DNA of 64,000 bases from Prevotella sp. (GTDB lineage: Bacteria > Bacteroidota > Bacteroidia > Bacteroidales > Bacteroidaceae), in NCBI GenBank assembly GCA_017538105.1, contig JAFYJN010000048.1:15234-79233 (forward strand), in the 5' to 3' direction. The notes beneath the pieces were generated by a model. It saw only the letters and a program-made list of their open reading frames with translations, was not told the origin of the DNA and made no database searches. Below, in pieces: positions 39,171 through 50,016 of the stretch. The position numbers were made by a program, and so were the translations under genes. Positions within the stretch are counted from its first letter, which is position 1. Each line of letters starts with the position of its first letter.

Positions 39171-42100
39171 TTAATTATTGCCTATGATGATGAGTTTCTT
39201 GGCCTTCGATGCCTTCTGGCTACCATCGCTGCCGATGAGTGCCCGGTAGAGGTACACCCCTGTCTGTAAGCGCTGTCCACCATCTACGGTCAAGTCCCAC
39301 TGCATAGTATAAGTATTGTCGGTGCTCAGCCCCGTTTCCTCATGTCGCCACAGCAACCGTCCGCTCAAGTCAAACACCTCCAGTTCAACATCAACCTGAC
39401 ACCCTCTGCGGTCATGGTTGAGAATAAACGTAGTAGTGGTCGAAGCCGGGTTGTCGGTGCAGCTTACGCTGAAGAGCGTCGGCTCCAGTCCACTGACCAC
39501 CTCGAACGACAGCTCAGCCGTCGACGAATTGTTGAGGATGTCCCACGCGCGGAATTTCAGTTTATGCTTCCCCACCTCCAATTCTGGAATGGTGTAGAAT
39601 GTCTGTCCACTGGTATAGGTTCCGAAGTCGAAGGAAAAATTGTTGTTGAGGTTGTAGGTTCGCATCATCTCATCATCGATGATGAGTTCCATGTCATGCC
39701 CTATACCCGTTCCCGTGGCATTGATGCCGTCTTTGTCGGTCACCTGGGCAACGAAGAATGGTGTACTGTTCACCTTTCCCCCGTTGGTGAACGACGGAGA
39801 ATTGAGGTAACAATATATGGATGGTCCTATGGAGTCGTTAGCCGTGGCGGCGCTTCCGTTTACTTGGAAACGATTGAAAGCCCCGTTCACCGACCTACTA
39901 TTGTCATTCTTCAGCGCGTAAAGATTCATCAATCCCGTACCCTCGCTGTAGTTGATGTCCATGGGTACGGCGAATGTAAAGGAGAACTTTCCATTCCGCA
40001 CACTGTCGGAGCCGTTGAACAGCACGTTCTGTCGGTCTTCGAAGGTAAAGGGGGCGGAAGCTTCCGCCTCATTGTTTCTGTGGCAAATGATGGTCTGCTT
40101 CGTGTCGCGCACCACAGCTGACACCATGCCATTGAACGACTCATCAAGTTGCGCCTGCACCTCCACATGTCCTGCCACGCGTGCCACAGAGCCAGCCGCC
40201 AGACTGGCCACCACTTCGCCATCAGCTTTTCTGCCATTGATGCTATCGATTACCACCCGCTCCATCGGTCTGTTGAGAGCCAGCGCTGGGTCACCAAGCA
40301 GCGAATATTGCAGTTTGTTGGCGGAGCGGTCTTCGCCCGATGTAATGAGGTAGTTTTTGGCCAGCCTCTGCGCTTCGCCCAATGTGGTGGGTTTTCCGTT
40401 GGTCGTGCTGAGCACGAAGCGCAGGAAAGCGCGGTTGATTACTTTGTTGTAGTTCGTCCACACTGTACGTGTTGTTCCGAAGAAAGCCATCGAACCTCCT
40501 TTGGTATTAAGCACGCACTCCTCGCCGATATTTGTCACAGGACCATCGAAAGGCATCACGTCACAAGATGCCGTTATCCACAGCGGCATGTGCGTGTTGG
40601 TGAATTGTTGGAAATCGGACAGCTTGAGTACCCTCTCATGCGAGATGGCAATTTCCGAGCCATGCCCCCCATAATCCATGATCAATGCTCCATCGGCCTG
40701 CTGTTTCTTCACCAGCGCCGTCACTTCAGGGTATATATTTCCCGCCGCCGACTTCTCCATAGTATATGCATCCCACATCACCCGTTTGCAGTAATATCCC
40801 GGGTACAATTTCTCTATATATTCCGACACTTGATACACATCGTTCATGTGAAGGTTGTTGTTACCATCGTCACCCATGAATACAATGATGTTCTGCCAGT
40901 CGCCGGCATCCTTGTTCTCCATATATGCGATGCTCTTATCAACCACCACTTTGGCCTGCGTCGCAGAGCGTACGGGCAGCCGTCCCACAGCCACATCCAA
41001 TTTGTCGCCGGCTAACAGGTCAGCCCCCTCACCGTCGTCGAGCAGGCAAAAGAAACCGTCGTCAACATAACAGTCAGTGGAACTGAACGAGTTTTCGCTT
41101 TCGTAACACAGCAGGAAGTCGTCGGGAGAGAAACTACGAGTAGTGTTGGTGAGCATACGGTTGTCCCAGAAGCTGTCACCGAAGAGGAGGAGATACGAAG
41201 GCATGTCACTGTCTTGTTCAGCCCTGTCGTAGAGCATCTTGAGATAGCGTCTGTAGGCATTGGCATCGGGTGTTCCCGATGAGAACTCATTGAAGAGCTC
41301 ATCGGCAGGCACCACCCTCACGCGCAAGCCATCGTGCTGTACATGATAATCCGCCAGTCGTTGAGCCTGATCGGCCCATGTCTGTGTGGTAGGTATGATG
41401 ATGACCATGTCAGCGAAGTCGTCGGCATGGAGGTCTTGGTTCGTGATGTTATACACATACTGCGCAGTGGGAAACGCGTTCGAGGAAAGTCGCGGTGCCC
41501 CTCGTGGCGAGTCGTCCTCAATATCGATGAAATCGAGACACACAGGACCACCTGACAGTGTCTTTATGGTAATAGTGTTCGTCGGCAACAAATCCACGGC
41601 ATACGTCCCCATCTTCATATTGCCGAAATCGTGATCGCCCAGCGACATCGTCAGCTGTCCCACCACCTCCCCATTGATGGCCACCTGCGCTGTGCTGTTT
41701 GATCCGGCACTCACGCGCACCCTTACTATTCCCTTTGATGCCACACTGGAAGGAGTGGCCATCGTATAATCTTTCGACGATCCCTGTGCGATGGGCGCGT
41801 TTTCAAAAAGGTTGCGCCCGCCGTAGAACCACGCATAGTTATCCACCTCGTGAAGAGAATGGTAATCGTCGTTGGCGGGATAGAAGGAAGAGACAAAAGC
41901 CGTACTGTCAACCATCAGCGGTTCCCCATCATTTTCCGTGATAAAATAGCATCCCACATCGGAATATGGGTTACGCGTACGCACCGCCGATTTATCTGTC
42001 CAACTCACAGGCCCCTTGGCATAGAACAGGCGTCGTCCACCGGCCATGCACGAAGGCACCTCCTTCAAATCGTCGAGCGTCTGCAACTCATCACCCACCA

Positions 42101-42719
42101 GCTTTTCGTTCTGCAACGCACCACCATATCCATATATACGCACACGGCTGAGGTCAGAGAAACCCGCCTGTTTGGCCACCTCGGCAGTGAGTTGGTGAAC
42201 ACCCGTTGAGGACACGCTAATTTTCGCCCACCTATCTGTAGCCAGCACGGAGTGGTCGGCATATCGCCCGCCATGTTGAGACACACGCGCCGGTGCTCTC
42301 CTGACGGAGCTCTTTGCCGTTGCCTCCACCCTCAGCATGAAACTCACCAAGATGACATCGCGGCCATCGCGGTGGGCAAGAGGCACGAAAGAAACCTCCA
42401 ATGCCCCTTTTTTCCTGTTGACAACAATGCGCTGTTCCACTGCCGGCAACACCGGCAATTCAGCCTGGGTGATACGCACATAATTACGTCGGTCGGACGC
42501 ACTCATCGGGATAAACTCCGGATAGTCGATACTCACCTTGTAAACAGAATCGGCGTAGTTCTCCCCCAAAGGGATGGAATAGGTGAAACGCGGCAGCACG
42601 CTGTCAATGCTCACGTCGTCAGCCGTGAGGTTATAAAATCGTTGGGCGCCTGCTTGCAACGAGCACAACAGTAACCAAAACGTGATGATATGTCGCAATG
42701 CTTTCCGCATAATTGTCAT
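39171..42719 (-). CDS. porU: Type IX secretion system sortase PorU (peptidase C25)
   Basis: NEFSSGTPDA, YLLLFGD, VAVGRLP, YGGHG, WITASC, LLGDPAL, RAWDILNN. Confidence 0.93.
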   Translation of the reverse strand: MTIMRKALRHIITFWLLLCSLQAGAQRFYNLTADDVSIDSVLPRFTYSIPLGENYADSVYKVSIDYPEFIPMSASDRRNYVRITQAELPVLPAVEQRIVVNRKKGALEVSFVPLAHRDGRDVILVSFMLRVEATAKSSVRRAPARVSQHGGRYADHSVLATDRWAKISVSSTGVHQLTAEVAKQAGFSDLSRVRIYGYGGALQNEKLVGDELQTLDDLKEVPSCMAGGRRLFYAKGPVSWTDKSAVRTRNPYSDVGCYFITENDGEPLMVDSTAFVSSFYPANDDYHSLHEVDNYAWFYGGRNLFENAPIAQGSSKDYTMATPSSVASKGIVRVRVSAGSNSTAQVAINGEVVGQLTMSLGDHDFGNMKMGTYAVDLLPTNTITIKTLSGGPVCLDFIDIEDDSPRGAPRLSSNAFPTAQYVYNITNQDLHADDFADMVIIIPTTQTWADQAQRLADYHVQHDGLRVRVVPADELFNEFSSGTPDANAYRRYLKMLYDRAEQDSDMPSYLLLFGDSFWDNRMLTNTTRSFSPDDFLLCYESENSFSSTDCYVDDGFFCLLDDGEGADLLAGDKLDVAVGRLPVRSATQAKVVVDKSIAYMENKDAGDWQNIIVFMGDDGNNNLHMNDVYQVSEYIEKLYPGYYCKRVMWDAYTMEKSAAGNIYPEVTALVKKQQADGALIMDYGGHGSEIAISHERVLKLSDFQQFTNTHMPLWITASCDVMPFDGPVTNIGEECVLNTKGGSMAFFGTTRTVWTNYNKVINRAFLRFVLSTTNGKPTTLGEAQRLAKNYLITSGEDRSANKLQYSLLGDPALALNRPMERVVIDSINGRKADGEVVASLAAGSVARVAGHVEVQAQLDESFNGMVSAVVRDTKQTIICHRNNEAEASAPFTFEDRQNVLFNGSDSVRNGKFSFTFAVPMDINYSEGTGLMNLYALKNDNSRSVNGAFNRFQVNGSAATANDSIGPSIYCYLNSPSFTNGGKVNSTPFFVAQVTDKDGINATGTGIGHDMELIIDDEMMRTYNLNNNFSFDFGTYTSGQTFYTIPELEVGKHKLKFRAWDILNNSSTAELSFEVVSGLEPTLFSVSCTDNPASTTTTFILNHDRRGCQVDVELEVFDLSGRLLWRHEETGLSTDNTYTMQWDLTVDGGQRLQTGVYLYRALIGSDGSQKASKAKKLIIIGNN

Positions 42720-43339
42720 TTCACATTGAAGTGCAACACCTCCATCCCCTCCAAAGTTCCATCCAAATGGTCGTTGATAGCCATCGCCATCGGCGGCGAT
42801 GGTGTTCCCGTGAAGAGAATGTCTCCCGTACGTAACGTCATGTAACGGCTGATATGCGCCACCAAGGCATCCACGGTGTGTGCCATCTGAGCCGCGCAGC
42901 CCTCCTGTGCCCTTTTTCCGTTGATGTCGAGGCTAAAATGCAAATCGTGCAACTGTGGCAGTTTGTCCTTTGCCACCCACTCTCCGATGGCGGCTGACTG
43001 GTCGAAGGCCACGGCTGCATCCCAAGGCAGCCCGAGGCTTCTCAACCGTTGCAACACATCCGTAGCCACGAAATTCACCCCCACGGTGAAGGCATCGTAA
43101 TAGCGGTGAGCGAACCGTTCAGGGATTCCTTTCCCCAACCTGTTGATCCTCACCACCAGTTCTGCCTGCCCCTCCACACGTCCCATCTCATCAGGCAAGA
43201 AGAAAGGTTTGCCGTTTCTGAGCAGGGTGGAATCGGGTTTAGTGTAGAACACCGGTAGTCCGTTACCGTTATTTAATAACGTGTCGTTGCCGTCTTTATT
43301 GTGCCAGGGATAATTCATCCCCACTGCAAATATTTTCAT
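42716..43339 (-). CDS. Fumarylacetoacetate hydrolase family protein
   Basis: KIFAVGMNY, TLRTGDILFTGTP. Confidence 0.88.
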   Translation of the reverse strand: MKIFAVGMNYPWHNKDGNDTLLNNGNGLPVFYTKPDSTLLRNGKPFFLPDEMGRVEGQAELVVRINRLGKGIPERFAHRYYDAFTVGVNFVATDVLQRLRSLGLPWDAAVAFDQSAAIGEWVAKDKLPQLHDLHFSLDINGKRAQEGCAAQMAHTVDALVAHISRYMTLRTGDILFTGTPSPPMAMAINDHLDGTLEGMEVLHFNVK

Positions 43340-43361
43340 GAGGTTGTGATGTAATGAGCAT

Positions 43362-43396
43362 AAAGAGCATGCATCGCTCGGCGATGCATGCTCTTT
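43362..43396 (-). terminator. Intrinsic terminator after tsf
   Basis: Perfect stem AAAGAGCATGCATCGC-TCG-GCGATGCATGCTCTTT. Confidence 0.8.
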
Positions 43397-43421
43397 GAAT
43401 TTTACAGTTCTGCGTCTTTAT

Positions 43422-44414
43422 TTACTCAGCGCGCAGTGTGAAACGCTTGAAGTCGAGCACTTTGAGTTCCTTGTCGGCACTCTTGAGGTAGTCGGAGACC
43501 GTCATCTTGGTGTCCCAGATATACTCCTGCTTCACCAGACATGAATCCTTGAAGAACTTCTGCAAACGTCCCTGGGCGATGTTCTGTATCATCTGCTCGG
43601 GCAGGTTGGCAGCCTTCTCCTCGGCCACGCGCACCTTCAGGTCGCGAATCTCCTGGGCCTGCTCCTCGGTAATCTCCTTTTTGGCGATACCTTCGGCCAG
43701 GTGCTCTTCGTTCTCGGCGATGTAGAGGTTGAAACCAGCCTTCTTCAAGGCAGCTTCCACAGCCTTCTGCACCTGCTCCTGCTTGGTCTTCTCGATAGCC
43801 ACCTTCAGCTCGCTCTCCTTCACCGAATCGGGTATGCTGTCCACGTCGAGACCCAGCGGGTTGGTGTTAGCCACCTGCAGTGTCAGGTTGTGTCCCTGCT
43901 CCTCGGCAGCCTTGTTGAGCTGCACCATGGTGCACAGGAGGTTCTTGTTTTGGTGGTTATAGGTGTAGATATTCTCACCTTCGATGAAGAGGTAACCGTC
44001 AAGTTCCATCTTCTCGCCCGTGATACCAGAACGCTGGACTACGGCGTCGGCCACTTTGGCACCATCGGCCAATGTGAGTTCCTTCACCTCGTCGAGGCTC
44101 TTGCAGCGGTTCTCCACGGCAGCATCGAGGATGCTCTGTGTGAGCGCGATAAAATCCTTGCCATTGGCCACGAAGTCGGTTTCACACTTCAGGGCGATCA
44201 TGGCGCCGAAACCATTGGCAACCTTTACGAGCACGCAGCCGTTGGATGTCTCACGGTCGGAACGTTTGGCGGCGATGGCCAAGCCACGCTGGCGCACCAA
44301 TTCGATGGCCTTCTCGATGTCACCCTCAGCCTCGGTAAGCGCCTTCTTGCAATCAGCGAGACCGGCACCGGTCATCTTACGCAGTTTCTGTATGTCAGCT
44401 ATTGTAACAGCCAT
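43422..44414 (-). CDS. tsf: Translation elongation factor Ts
   Basis: KLRKMTGAGLADCKKAL, CETDFVA; start at MAVTIADI. Confidence 0.98.
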   Translation of the reverse strand: MAVTIADIQKLRKMTGAGLADCKKALTEAEGDIEKAIELVRQRGLAIAAKRSDRETSNGCVLVKVANGFGAMIALKCETDFVANGKDFIALTQSILDAAVENRCKSLDEVKELTLADGAKVADAVVQRSGITGEKMELDGYLFIEGENIYTYNHQNKNLLCTMVQLNKAAEEQGHNLTLQVANTNPLGLDVDSIPDSVKESELKVAIEKTKQEQVQKAVEAALKKAGFNLYIAENEEHLAEGIAKKEITEEQAQEIRDLKVRVAEEKAANLPEQMIQNIAQGRLQKFFKDSCLVKQEYIWDTKMTVSDYLKSADKELKVLDFKRFTLRAE

Positions 44415-44504
44415 AATTATTATTGAGTTTGTAAGTTTAAAAATTTGTGACAAGCTAACGAGTCGACAAATCGACAGGTTATTTGCCTTTTAACAATTTG
44501 ATGG

Positions 44505-45404
44505 TTACTCGGCAGCGGGAGCCTCTTCCTTGGCAGGTGCTTCGGCAACGGGAGCTTCCTCAGCGGGAGCTTCTTCCTTGGCAGGAGCAGCCTCAACAGG
44601 AGCCTCTTCTTTGGCGGGAGCAGCCTCATCCTTACGGGCGCGGCGGGCACGACGCTGTGGGCGCACTGCCACTTCCTCAGCCTGCTCGGCGGCAGCTTTC
44701 TCGTCAGCTTTCTCAGCCTTGCGCTCCTCAAGTCCCTCGGCGATGGCTTCGCAGCAAGCTGTCAGGATGACGTTGACGCTGTCTTTGGCATCGTCGTTGG
44801 CAGGAATCACGAAGTCCACCTCATTGGGGTCGGAGTTGGTGTCAACGATGGCGAACACGGGAATGCCGAGGCGTTGTGCCTCTTTCACGGCGATGTTCTC
44901 CTTCATTACGTCAACCACGAAGAGAGCGGAGGGAAGACGTGTGAGGTCGGCGATGGAGCCGAGGTTCTTCTCCAGTTTCGCGCGCTGGCGGGTGATTTGC
45001 AGCAACTCACGTTTTGAGAGGTTGGCATAAGTACCATCACTCATCAGTTTATCGATGGTTGCCATTTTCTTCACCGCCTTGCGGATGGTGGGGAAGTTGG
45101 TGAGCATACCGCCCGGCCAGCGTTCAATCACATAAGGCATGTTAACGCTCGTGGCCTTGTCAGCGATGATGTCCTTGGCCTGTTTTTTAGTAGCAACGAA
45201 CAGAATTTTCTTTCCTTGCTTGGCAATCTGCTTCAGAGCCTCTGCGGCCTCGTCTATTTTGGCCACCGTCTTATGCAGGTCGATGATATGAATGCCATTG
45301 CGCTCCATGAAGATGTAAGGAGCCATGGCGGGGTTCCATTTGCGGCGGAGGTGTCCGAAATGGCATCCAGCCTCCAGCAGCATATCAAAATTTGTTCTTG
45401 ACAT
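44505..45404 (-). CDS. rpsB: 30S ribosomal protein S2
   Basis: LLEAGCHFGH, WNPAMAPYI, RWPGGMLTNF, IPANDDA. Confidence 0.99.
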   Translation of the reverse strand: MSRTNFDMLLEAGCHFGHLRRKWNPAMAPYIFMERNGIHIIDLHKTVAKIDEAAEALKQIAKQGKKILFVATKKQAKDIIADKATSVNMPYVIERWPGGMLTNFPTIRKAVKKMATIDKLMSDGTYANLSKRELLQITRQRAKLEKNLGSIADLTRLPSALFVVDVMKENIAVKEAQRLGIPVFAIVDTNSDPNEVDFVIPANDDAKDSVNVILTACCEAIAEGLEERKAEKADEKAAAEQAEEVAVRPQRRARRARKDEAAPAKEEAPVEAAPAKEEAPAEEAPVAEAPAKEEAPAAE

Positions 45405-45617
45405 TGTTTGTTGTGTTTAATAATGTGTTTACTTTCCTTTTAGTTTCTCTGTGAACCAACCATCAGGTAACCGCCGTGGCGGGTCCTCACGGTTTGGATG
45501 CTAAACTGCGTTAATAAAGGGGTGAAAGGTGAGGGGTGAGAGGTGAGAGGTGAGAGATTACTCCACAGACTAATGTCTACACTCTTACACTTCTAAACTC
45601 CTACACTCCATAAAAAA

Positions 45618-46004
45618 TTAACGCTTGCTGAACTGGAAGCGACGGCGAGCCTTCGGACGTCCCGGTTTCTTACGCTCCACGGCACGAGAGTCGCGGGTAA
45701 GGAAACCATGGTCCTTGAGGTTTTTCTTGTCCTCGGCGTTGATCTTCACCAGTGCGCGGGCGATAGCCAGACGCAGAGCTTGGCTCTGTCCTGTGAAACC
45801 ACCGCCGTCGAGGTTTGCCTTGATGTCATACTTCTCAGCTGCCTCGAGCAGGTTGAGCGGCTGTTTTACCACATACTGCAAGATAGCTGAGGGGAAATAT
45901 TCGGTCAGTTCTTTCTTGTTAATGATGATTTTACCTGTACCTTCGCTCACGTAAACGCGTGCTACAGCGCTTTTGCGGCGACCTATTGCATTAATCAAAT
46001 CCAT
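45618..46004 (-). CDS. rpsI: 30S ribosomal protein S9
   Basis: GRRKSAVARV, GGGFTGQ, ERKKPG...QFSKR. Confidence 0.99.
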   Translation of the reverse strand: MDLINAIGRRKSAVARVYVSEGTGKIIINKKELTEYFPSAILQYVVKQPLNLLEAAEKYDIKANLDGGGFTGQSQALRLAIARALVKINAEDKKNLKDHGFLTRDSRAVERKKPGRPKARRRFQFSKR

Positions 46005-46012
46005 CCTTATAT

Positions 46013-46474
46013 TTATTTATACTGGTTAATATCAATTGCCTTGGGCTTCTGGGCCTCATGTTTGTGCTCTGTACCGTCATAGATATAGAGGTTCTTGAGA
46101 AGGCTGCGGCCGAGGGGGCCTTTGGGGAGCATACCCTTCACGGCATGACGCAGGATGCGCTCGGCACCATATTCATGCTTGCGCAGTTCGGCGGGCGTGT
46201 TGAAACGCTGGCCACCAGGATAACCAGTATAGCGGGTGTACACCTTGTCGGTCTCTTTCTTACCGGTGAACACCACTTTGGCTGCGTTGATGATAATCAC
46301 ATTGTCGCCACAATCCACATGCGGCGTGAAAGTGGGTTTGTATTTCCCACGGAGCAGTTTGGCGACTTTCGAGCACAGACGACCCACAACTTGGTCGGTA
46401 GCGTCGATGACCACCCACTCTTTCTTGGCTGTTTCCTTGTTTACGGAAATAGTCTTGTAACTTAAAGTGTTCAT
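46013..46474 (-). CDS. rplM: 50S ribosomal protein L13
   Basis: WVVIDA, KPTFTPHVDCGD, YTGYPGG, VKGMLPK; start at MNTLSYK. Confidence 0.99.
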   Translation of the reverse strand: MNTLSYKTISVNKETAKKEWVVIDATDQVVGRLCSKVAKLLRGKYKPTFTPHVDCGDNVIIINAAKVVFTGKKETDKVYTRYTGYPGGQRFNTPAELRKHEYGAERILRHAVKGMLPKGPLGRSLLKNLYIYDGTEHKHEAQKPKAIDINQYK

Positions 46475-46499
46475 TTTAAACTGTTGATTTTCTACTAAA

Positions 46500-46626
46500 A
46501 AACGTTTTTTATTCACTACCTGGACGGCGATTCACTAACCACCATGCCCGGCCAAAGGCACAGCTATTAACACGCTCATCCCCGGGGGCCTAAGACTCCC
46601 CCGAAATAATCGGACTGCAAAGGTAC
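46500..46626 (-). promoter_or_regulatory. rplM promoter (TACCTTTG near 46618-46625) and structured 5' leader, possibly autoregulatory
   Basis: GC-rich hairpin CGGGGG..TAAG..CCCCCG inside a long untranslated leader of a ribosomal protein operon. Confidence 0.5.
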
Positions 46627-46825
46627 TACCTTTTTATTTCATAACCATCACATCATCCACTAACGCTATTTGATATTATACATAATTAACAGTATTAATA
46701 TTTATTAACATATAACAAATCCTCGTTTTTCATAAATATCGACATTCTTATTTTTTTTTTGTATATTTGCCAAAATTTTCGTGCCGCTATCATCATGGCA
46801 ACCATATTATATTATAGCCATCAAC

Positions 46826-47422
46826 ATGAACAGATATACCCAAGCCATATTACTATCGGCATCGACATTGCGGATGTTGCCGCACATTGCATTGTACATG
46901 GCTTACCGCAAGCGGATAGATCCCGATTTGGTGAAATACCAAGACCGAAAGACGGGCGTGCGGAACTTTATTAAGGTTTGCACGCGCGAACGCGTATTCC
47001 GCAACCTGTTCTATTACCGTCTTGGAGAATACCGGTCGGTATGGGTAAAATGGATGCTGCCCCCCGAGCGGTCACTCCACATCTGGTGTCCGAGCATCGG
47101 CGAGGGGGCGCATTTCGAACATAACTACGCGACCTACCTCAATGCTGAAAGCATAGGCAAAGATTTCTACTGTCTTCAGCTGGTGACGCTTGGCAACGAC
47201 AAGGACGGACACCGCCCCACCATCGGTGACAACGTGAAGATTTTTACTGGGGCAACCGTCTTCGGCGGTATCACGATTGGTAACCACGTGACCATTGGTG
47301 CCGGTGCCGTGGTGAACATGGATGTGCCCGACAACTGCACGGTGACGGGTAATCCGGCGGTAATCAGGGAGCAAAGGGCAAGGGGCAAGAGAATAGTTGA
47401 GGGAGCAGGGGGTGAGGAGTGA
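46826..47422 (+). CDS. Serine acetyltransferase-like hexapeptide-repeat O-acetyltransferase
   Basis: FRNLFYYR, PTIGDNVKIFTGATVFGGITIGNHVTIGAGAVV, GNPA. Confidence 0.85.
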   Translation: MNRYTQAILLSASTLRMLPHIALYMAYRKRIDPDLVKYQDRKTGVRNFIKVCTRERVFRNLFYYRLGEYRSVWVKWMLPPERSLHIWCPSIGEGAHFEHNYATYLNAESIGKDFYCLQLVTLGNDKDGHRPTIGDNVKIFTGATVFGGITIGNHVTIGAGAVVNMDVPDNCTVTGNPAVIREQRARGKRIVEGAGGEE

Positions 47423-47530
47423 GAAGTGAGAGGTGAGAGAATAGTTGAGGGAGCAAGGGGCAAGGGGGCTATTGTCTAAACTCCCAAACTTCTAAACTGC
47501 CAAACTCCTAAAACTCATAACTCGTAACTT
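47370..47530. repeat. Short tandem repeats (GGGCAAG, GGTGAGA, CTAAACTC), partly inside the 3' end of the upstream gene
   Basis: Visible repeats, plus GAGAATAGTTGAGGGAGCA occurring twice. Confidence 0.75.
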
Positions 47531-47539
47531 TTCAAAAAG

Positions 47540-48352
47540 ATGGACGGAAACCAAATAGACCATGAGGCTTTACGGCAACGGTTCAATCCCGAGGGGTCGG
47601 AACTACGTCAGATGCAGTTGGTGATGCTCGACATCCTCAGCGAGGTGGATGCCATCTGCCGCCGCCACGACATACCTTATTGGCTGAGTAGTGGCACGCT
47701 GCTCGGTGCATGGCGGCACGACGGGTTCATCCCTTGGGACGACGACCTCGACATTGAGATGCGGCGCGAAGACTACCTGCGGCTGCTGCCCATCCTGCGT
47801 GAGGAACTGCCCGACCACCTAGCCCTGCAGACCATGGACGACGACCCCAACTATTTCTTTTTCTATGCCAAGATACACGACCGACGCACCTACTTAGAGG
47901 AAGGCAACAACTACGACCGTCGTTGGAAAGAACGTGGTATCTACATCGACATACTGCCCATGGAACGGCAGCGGATTTGGCTCCACAAGATTGGCGAGAA
48001 GGCACAGGGTCATGTGTACAAGATATGGCGCACCTCAACCGATGACGAGCGGAGCATGCGCAAGGTACGGCGTATCACGCAGTTCAACAAAAAGGTCACC
48101 TACCCCATTCTGCGTGCCCTGTGCAAACTGTCGGGTGCACGCACATGGACAAGCGGCATGGGCATGCCCTTCCACAAGCCGAGATATGATGAAGACATTT
48201 TCCCATTGGCCGAACATGTGTTCGAGGGACGGATGTTCCCCGTTCCGCACGACAGCGACCACCACATGCAGTTGCTCTTCGGCGATTGGCGGAAACTTCC
48301 CAATCTCGACGAACTGCACCCACACGCCAGGAAAATTAAAATAAAAAAATAA
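47540..48352 (+). CDS. LicD-family phosphotransferase
   Basis: YWLSSGTLLGAWRHDGFIPWDDDLDI, GIYIDILP. Confidence 0.92.
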   Translation: MDGNQIDHEALRQRFNPEGSELRQMQLVMLDILSEVDAICRRHDIPYWLSSGTLLGAWRHDGFIPWDDDLDIEMRREDYLRLLPILREELPDHLALQTMDDDPNYFFFYAKIHDRRTYLEEGNNYDRRWKERGIYIDILPMERQRIWLHKIGEKAQGHVYKIWRTSTDDERSMRKVRRITQFNKKVTYPILRALCKLSGARTWTSGMGMPFHKPRYDEDIFPLAEHVFEGRMFPVPHDSDHHMQLLFGDWRKLPNLDELHPHARKIKIKK

Positions 48353-48499
48353 GTTTCTCATGTTATGGAGATAAAAGAAGATAAAGGAAGATAGCCGCTT
48401 GTCAGCGGCGAAGATAAAGGACTATACCTGGCCCCAAACAATGTAAGAACACAAACACTCAACACTCAACATTCAACACTCAACATTCAACACTCAATC

Positions 48500-49942
48500 A
48501 TGGAATCGCTGAAAGAGAAGACGGCAAAAGGACTGTTCTGGGGCGGCATGAACAACGGCATGCAGCAGCTCATAGGACTGGTCTTCGGCATCATTCTCGG
48601 ACGATTGCTCTCGCCCGACGATTATGGTATGATTGCCATGATCAGCATCTTCTCGCTCATCGCCAACGAGTTGCAGAGCAGCGGTTTCAAGACGGCTCTC
48701 GTCAACCTGCAGCACCCCACGCACGAAGACTACAATGCGGTGTTTTGGTTCAACGTGATGGCTGGGGCGGTGATATACGTCATACTCTTCTTCTGCGCGC
48801 CACTCATCGCCAACTATTATCATCAGCCCGACCTTGTCCCCCTCTGCCGATACGCTTTCCTAGGATTTGTTTTCTCGAGCTTCGGCACGGCACAGTCTGC
48901 CTATCTCACGAAGAACCTGAAAATAAAACAAATCGCAGAGACGGGCATCACTGCCGTGCTCTTCTCCAGCATTGTGGGAGCGTTGATGGCTTGGCAAGGG
49001 TTCTCCTACTGGTCGCTGGCTACGCAGACCAACCTGTTTATCGCCACCAACACCATCCTACTGTGGTACCACTCTTCATGGCGCCCCACGCTACATATCA
49101 ACCTGCGGCCAGTAGCCCGGATGTTCAAGTTCAGTTGCAAAATTCTGGCTTCGGCTATTTTTGGACATATCAATGTCAATGTGCTCAACATCCTGTTGGG
49201 TCACTATTTCACCGCCCGAGACACAGGCAACTACAACCAGGCCTATCAATGGAACTTCAAGTGCTTCTCGTTGGTGCAGGGCATGACCACCCAAGTGGCC
49301 CAGCCCGTGTTTGTGGAACTGTCGGGACAACGTGAGCGACAGTTGGCCGCTTTCCGTAAGATGATGCGCTTCACCGCCTTCATCGCCTTCCCCCTGCTCT
49401 TCGGATTGTCCTTGGTGTCGCACGAATTCATTGTAATCACCATCGGCGAGAAATGGCTAAATAGCGCCAGTCTGATGCAGATACTCTGCATCGGCGGTGC
49501 CGTGATGCCCCTGTCCACCCTGATGACAAACATGGTAATCAGTCACGGACGGAGCAATATCTATATGTGGTCGACCATCGCCTTCGGTCTGGCACAGATA
49601 GGGCTGATGATGTTGCTTTATCCTTACGGCGTGCGCACAATGGTCATTGCCTACACCCTGTTGCAGATAGTATGGGTCCTGGTGTGGTGGTGGTTCGTTC
49701 ATCGACTGACAGGTTACCGCTTGACCTCACTGCTGAAAGATACGCTGCCCTTCGCCGGTACTGCTGCGGTGGTCATGATCGTCACCCACTTCGCCACGCT
49801 GCCCATCGAGTCGAACATTCTCCTGTTGCTGGCCCGTATCGTACTGGCCGCCCTGCTCTATTTCGCCATCATGAAACTGGCAAATGCCGTGATACTGAAA
49901 GAATGTATCGGTTTCTTGAAGAATAAAAGAGGTGAGGGGTAA
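48500..49942 (+). CDS. Wzx-type polysaccharide flippase
   Basis: LGRLLSPDDYG; many transmembrane segments; GEKW motif. Confidence 0.9.
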   Translation: MESLKEKTAKGLFWGGMNNGMQQLIGLVFGIILGRLLSPDDYGMIAMISIFSLIANELQSSGFKTALVNLQHPTHEDYNAVFWFNVMAGAVIYVILFFCAPLIANYYHQPDLVPLCRYAFLGFVFSSFGTAQSAYLTKNLKIKQIAETGITAVLFSSIVGALMAWQGFSYWSLATQTNLFIATNTILLWYHSSWRPTLHINLRPVARMFKFSCKILASAIFGHINVNVLNILLGHYFTARDTGNYNQAYQWNFKCFSLVQGMTTQVAQPVFVELSGQRERQLAAFRKMMRFTAFIAFPLLFGLSLVSHEFIVITIGEKWLNSASLMQILCIGGAVMPLSTLMTNMVISHGRSNIYMWSTIAFGLAQIGLMMLLYPYGVRTMVIAYTLLQIVWVLVWWWFVHRLTGYRLTSLLKDTLPFAGTAAVVMIVTHFATLPIESNILLLLARIVLAALLYFAIMKLANAVILKECIGFLKNKRGEG

Positions 49943-50016
49943 GGGGTGAGAGAATACCCCAGAACACTAAACACTCATCATTCAACACTCAACATTCAAC
50001 ATTCAAAAATCAAAAA

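Noticed and set aside
44505-44720. APAKEEAP repeats at the C-terminus of S2
   Set aside because: Acidic Ala/Glu-rich S2 tails are common in Bacteroidetes.
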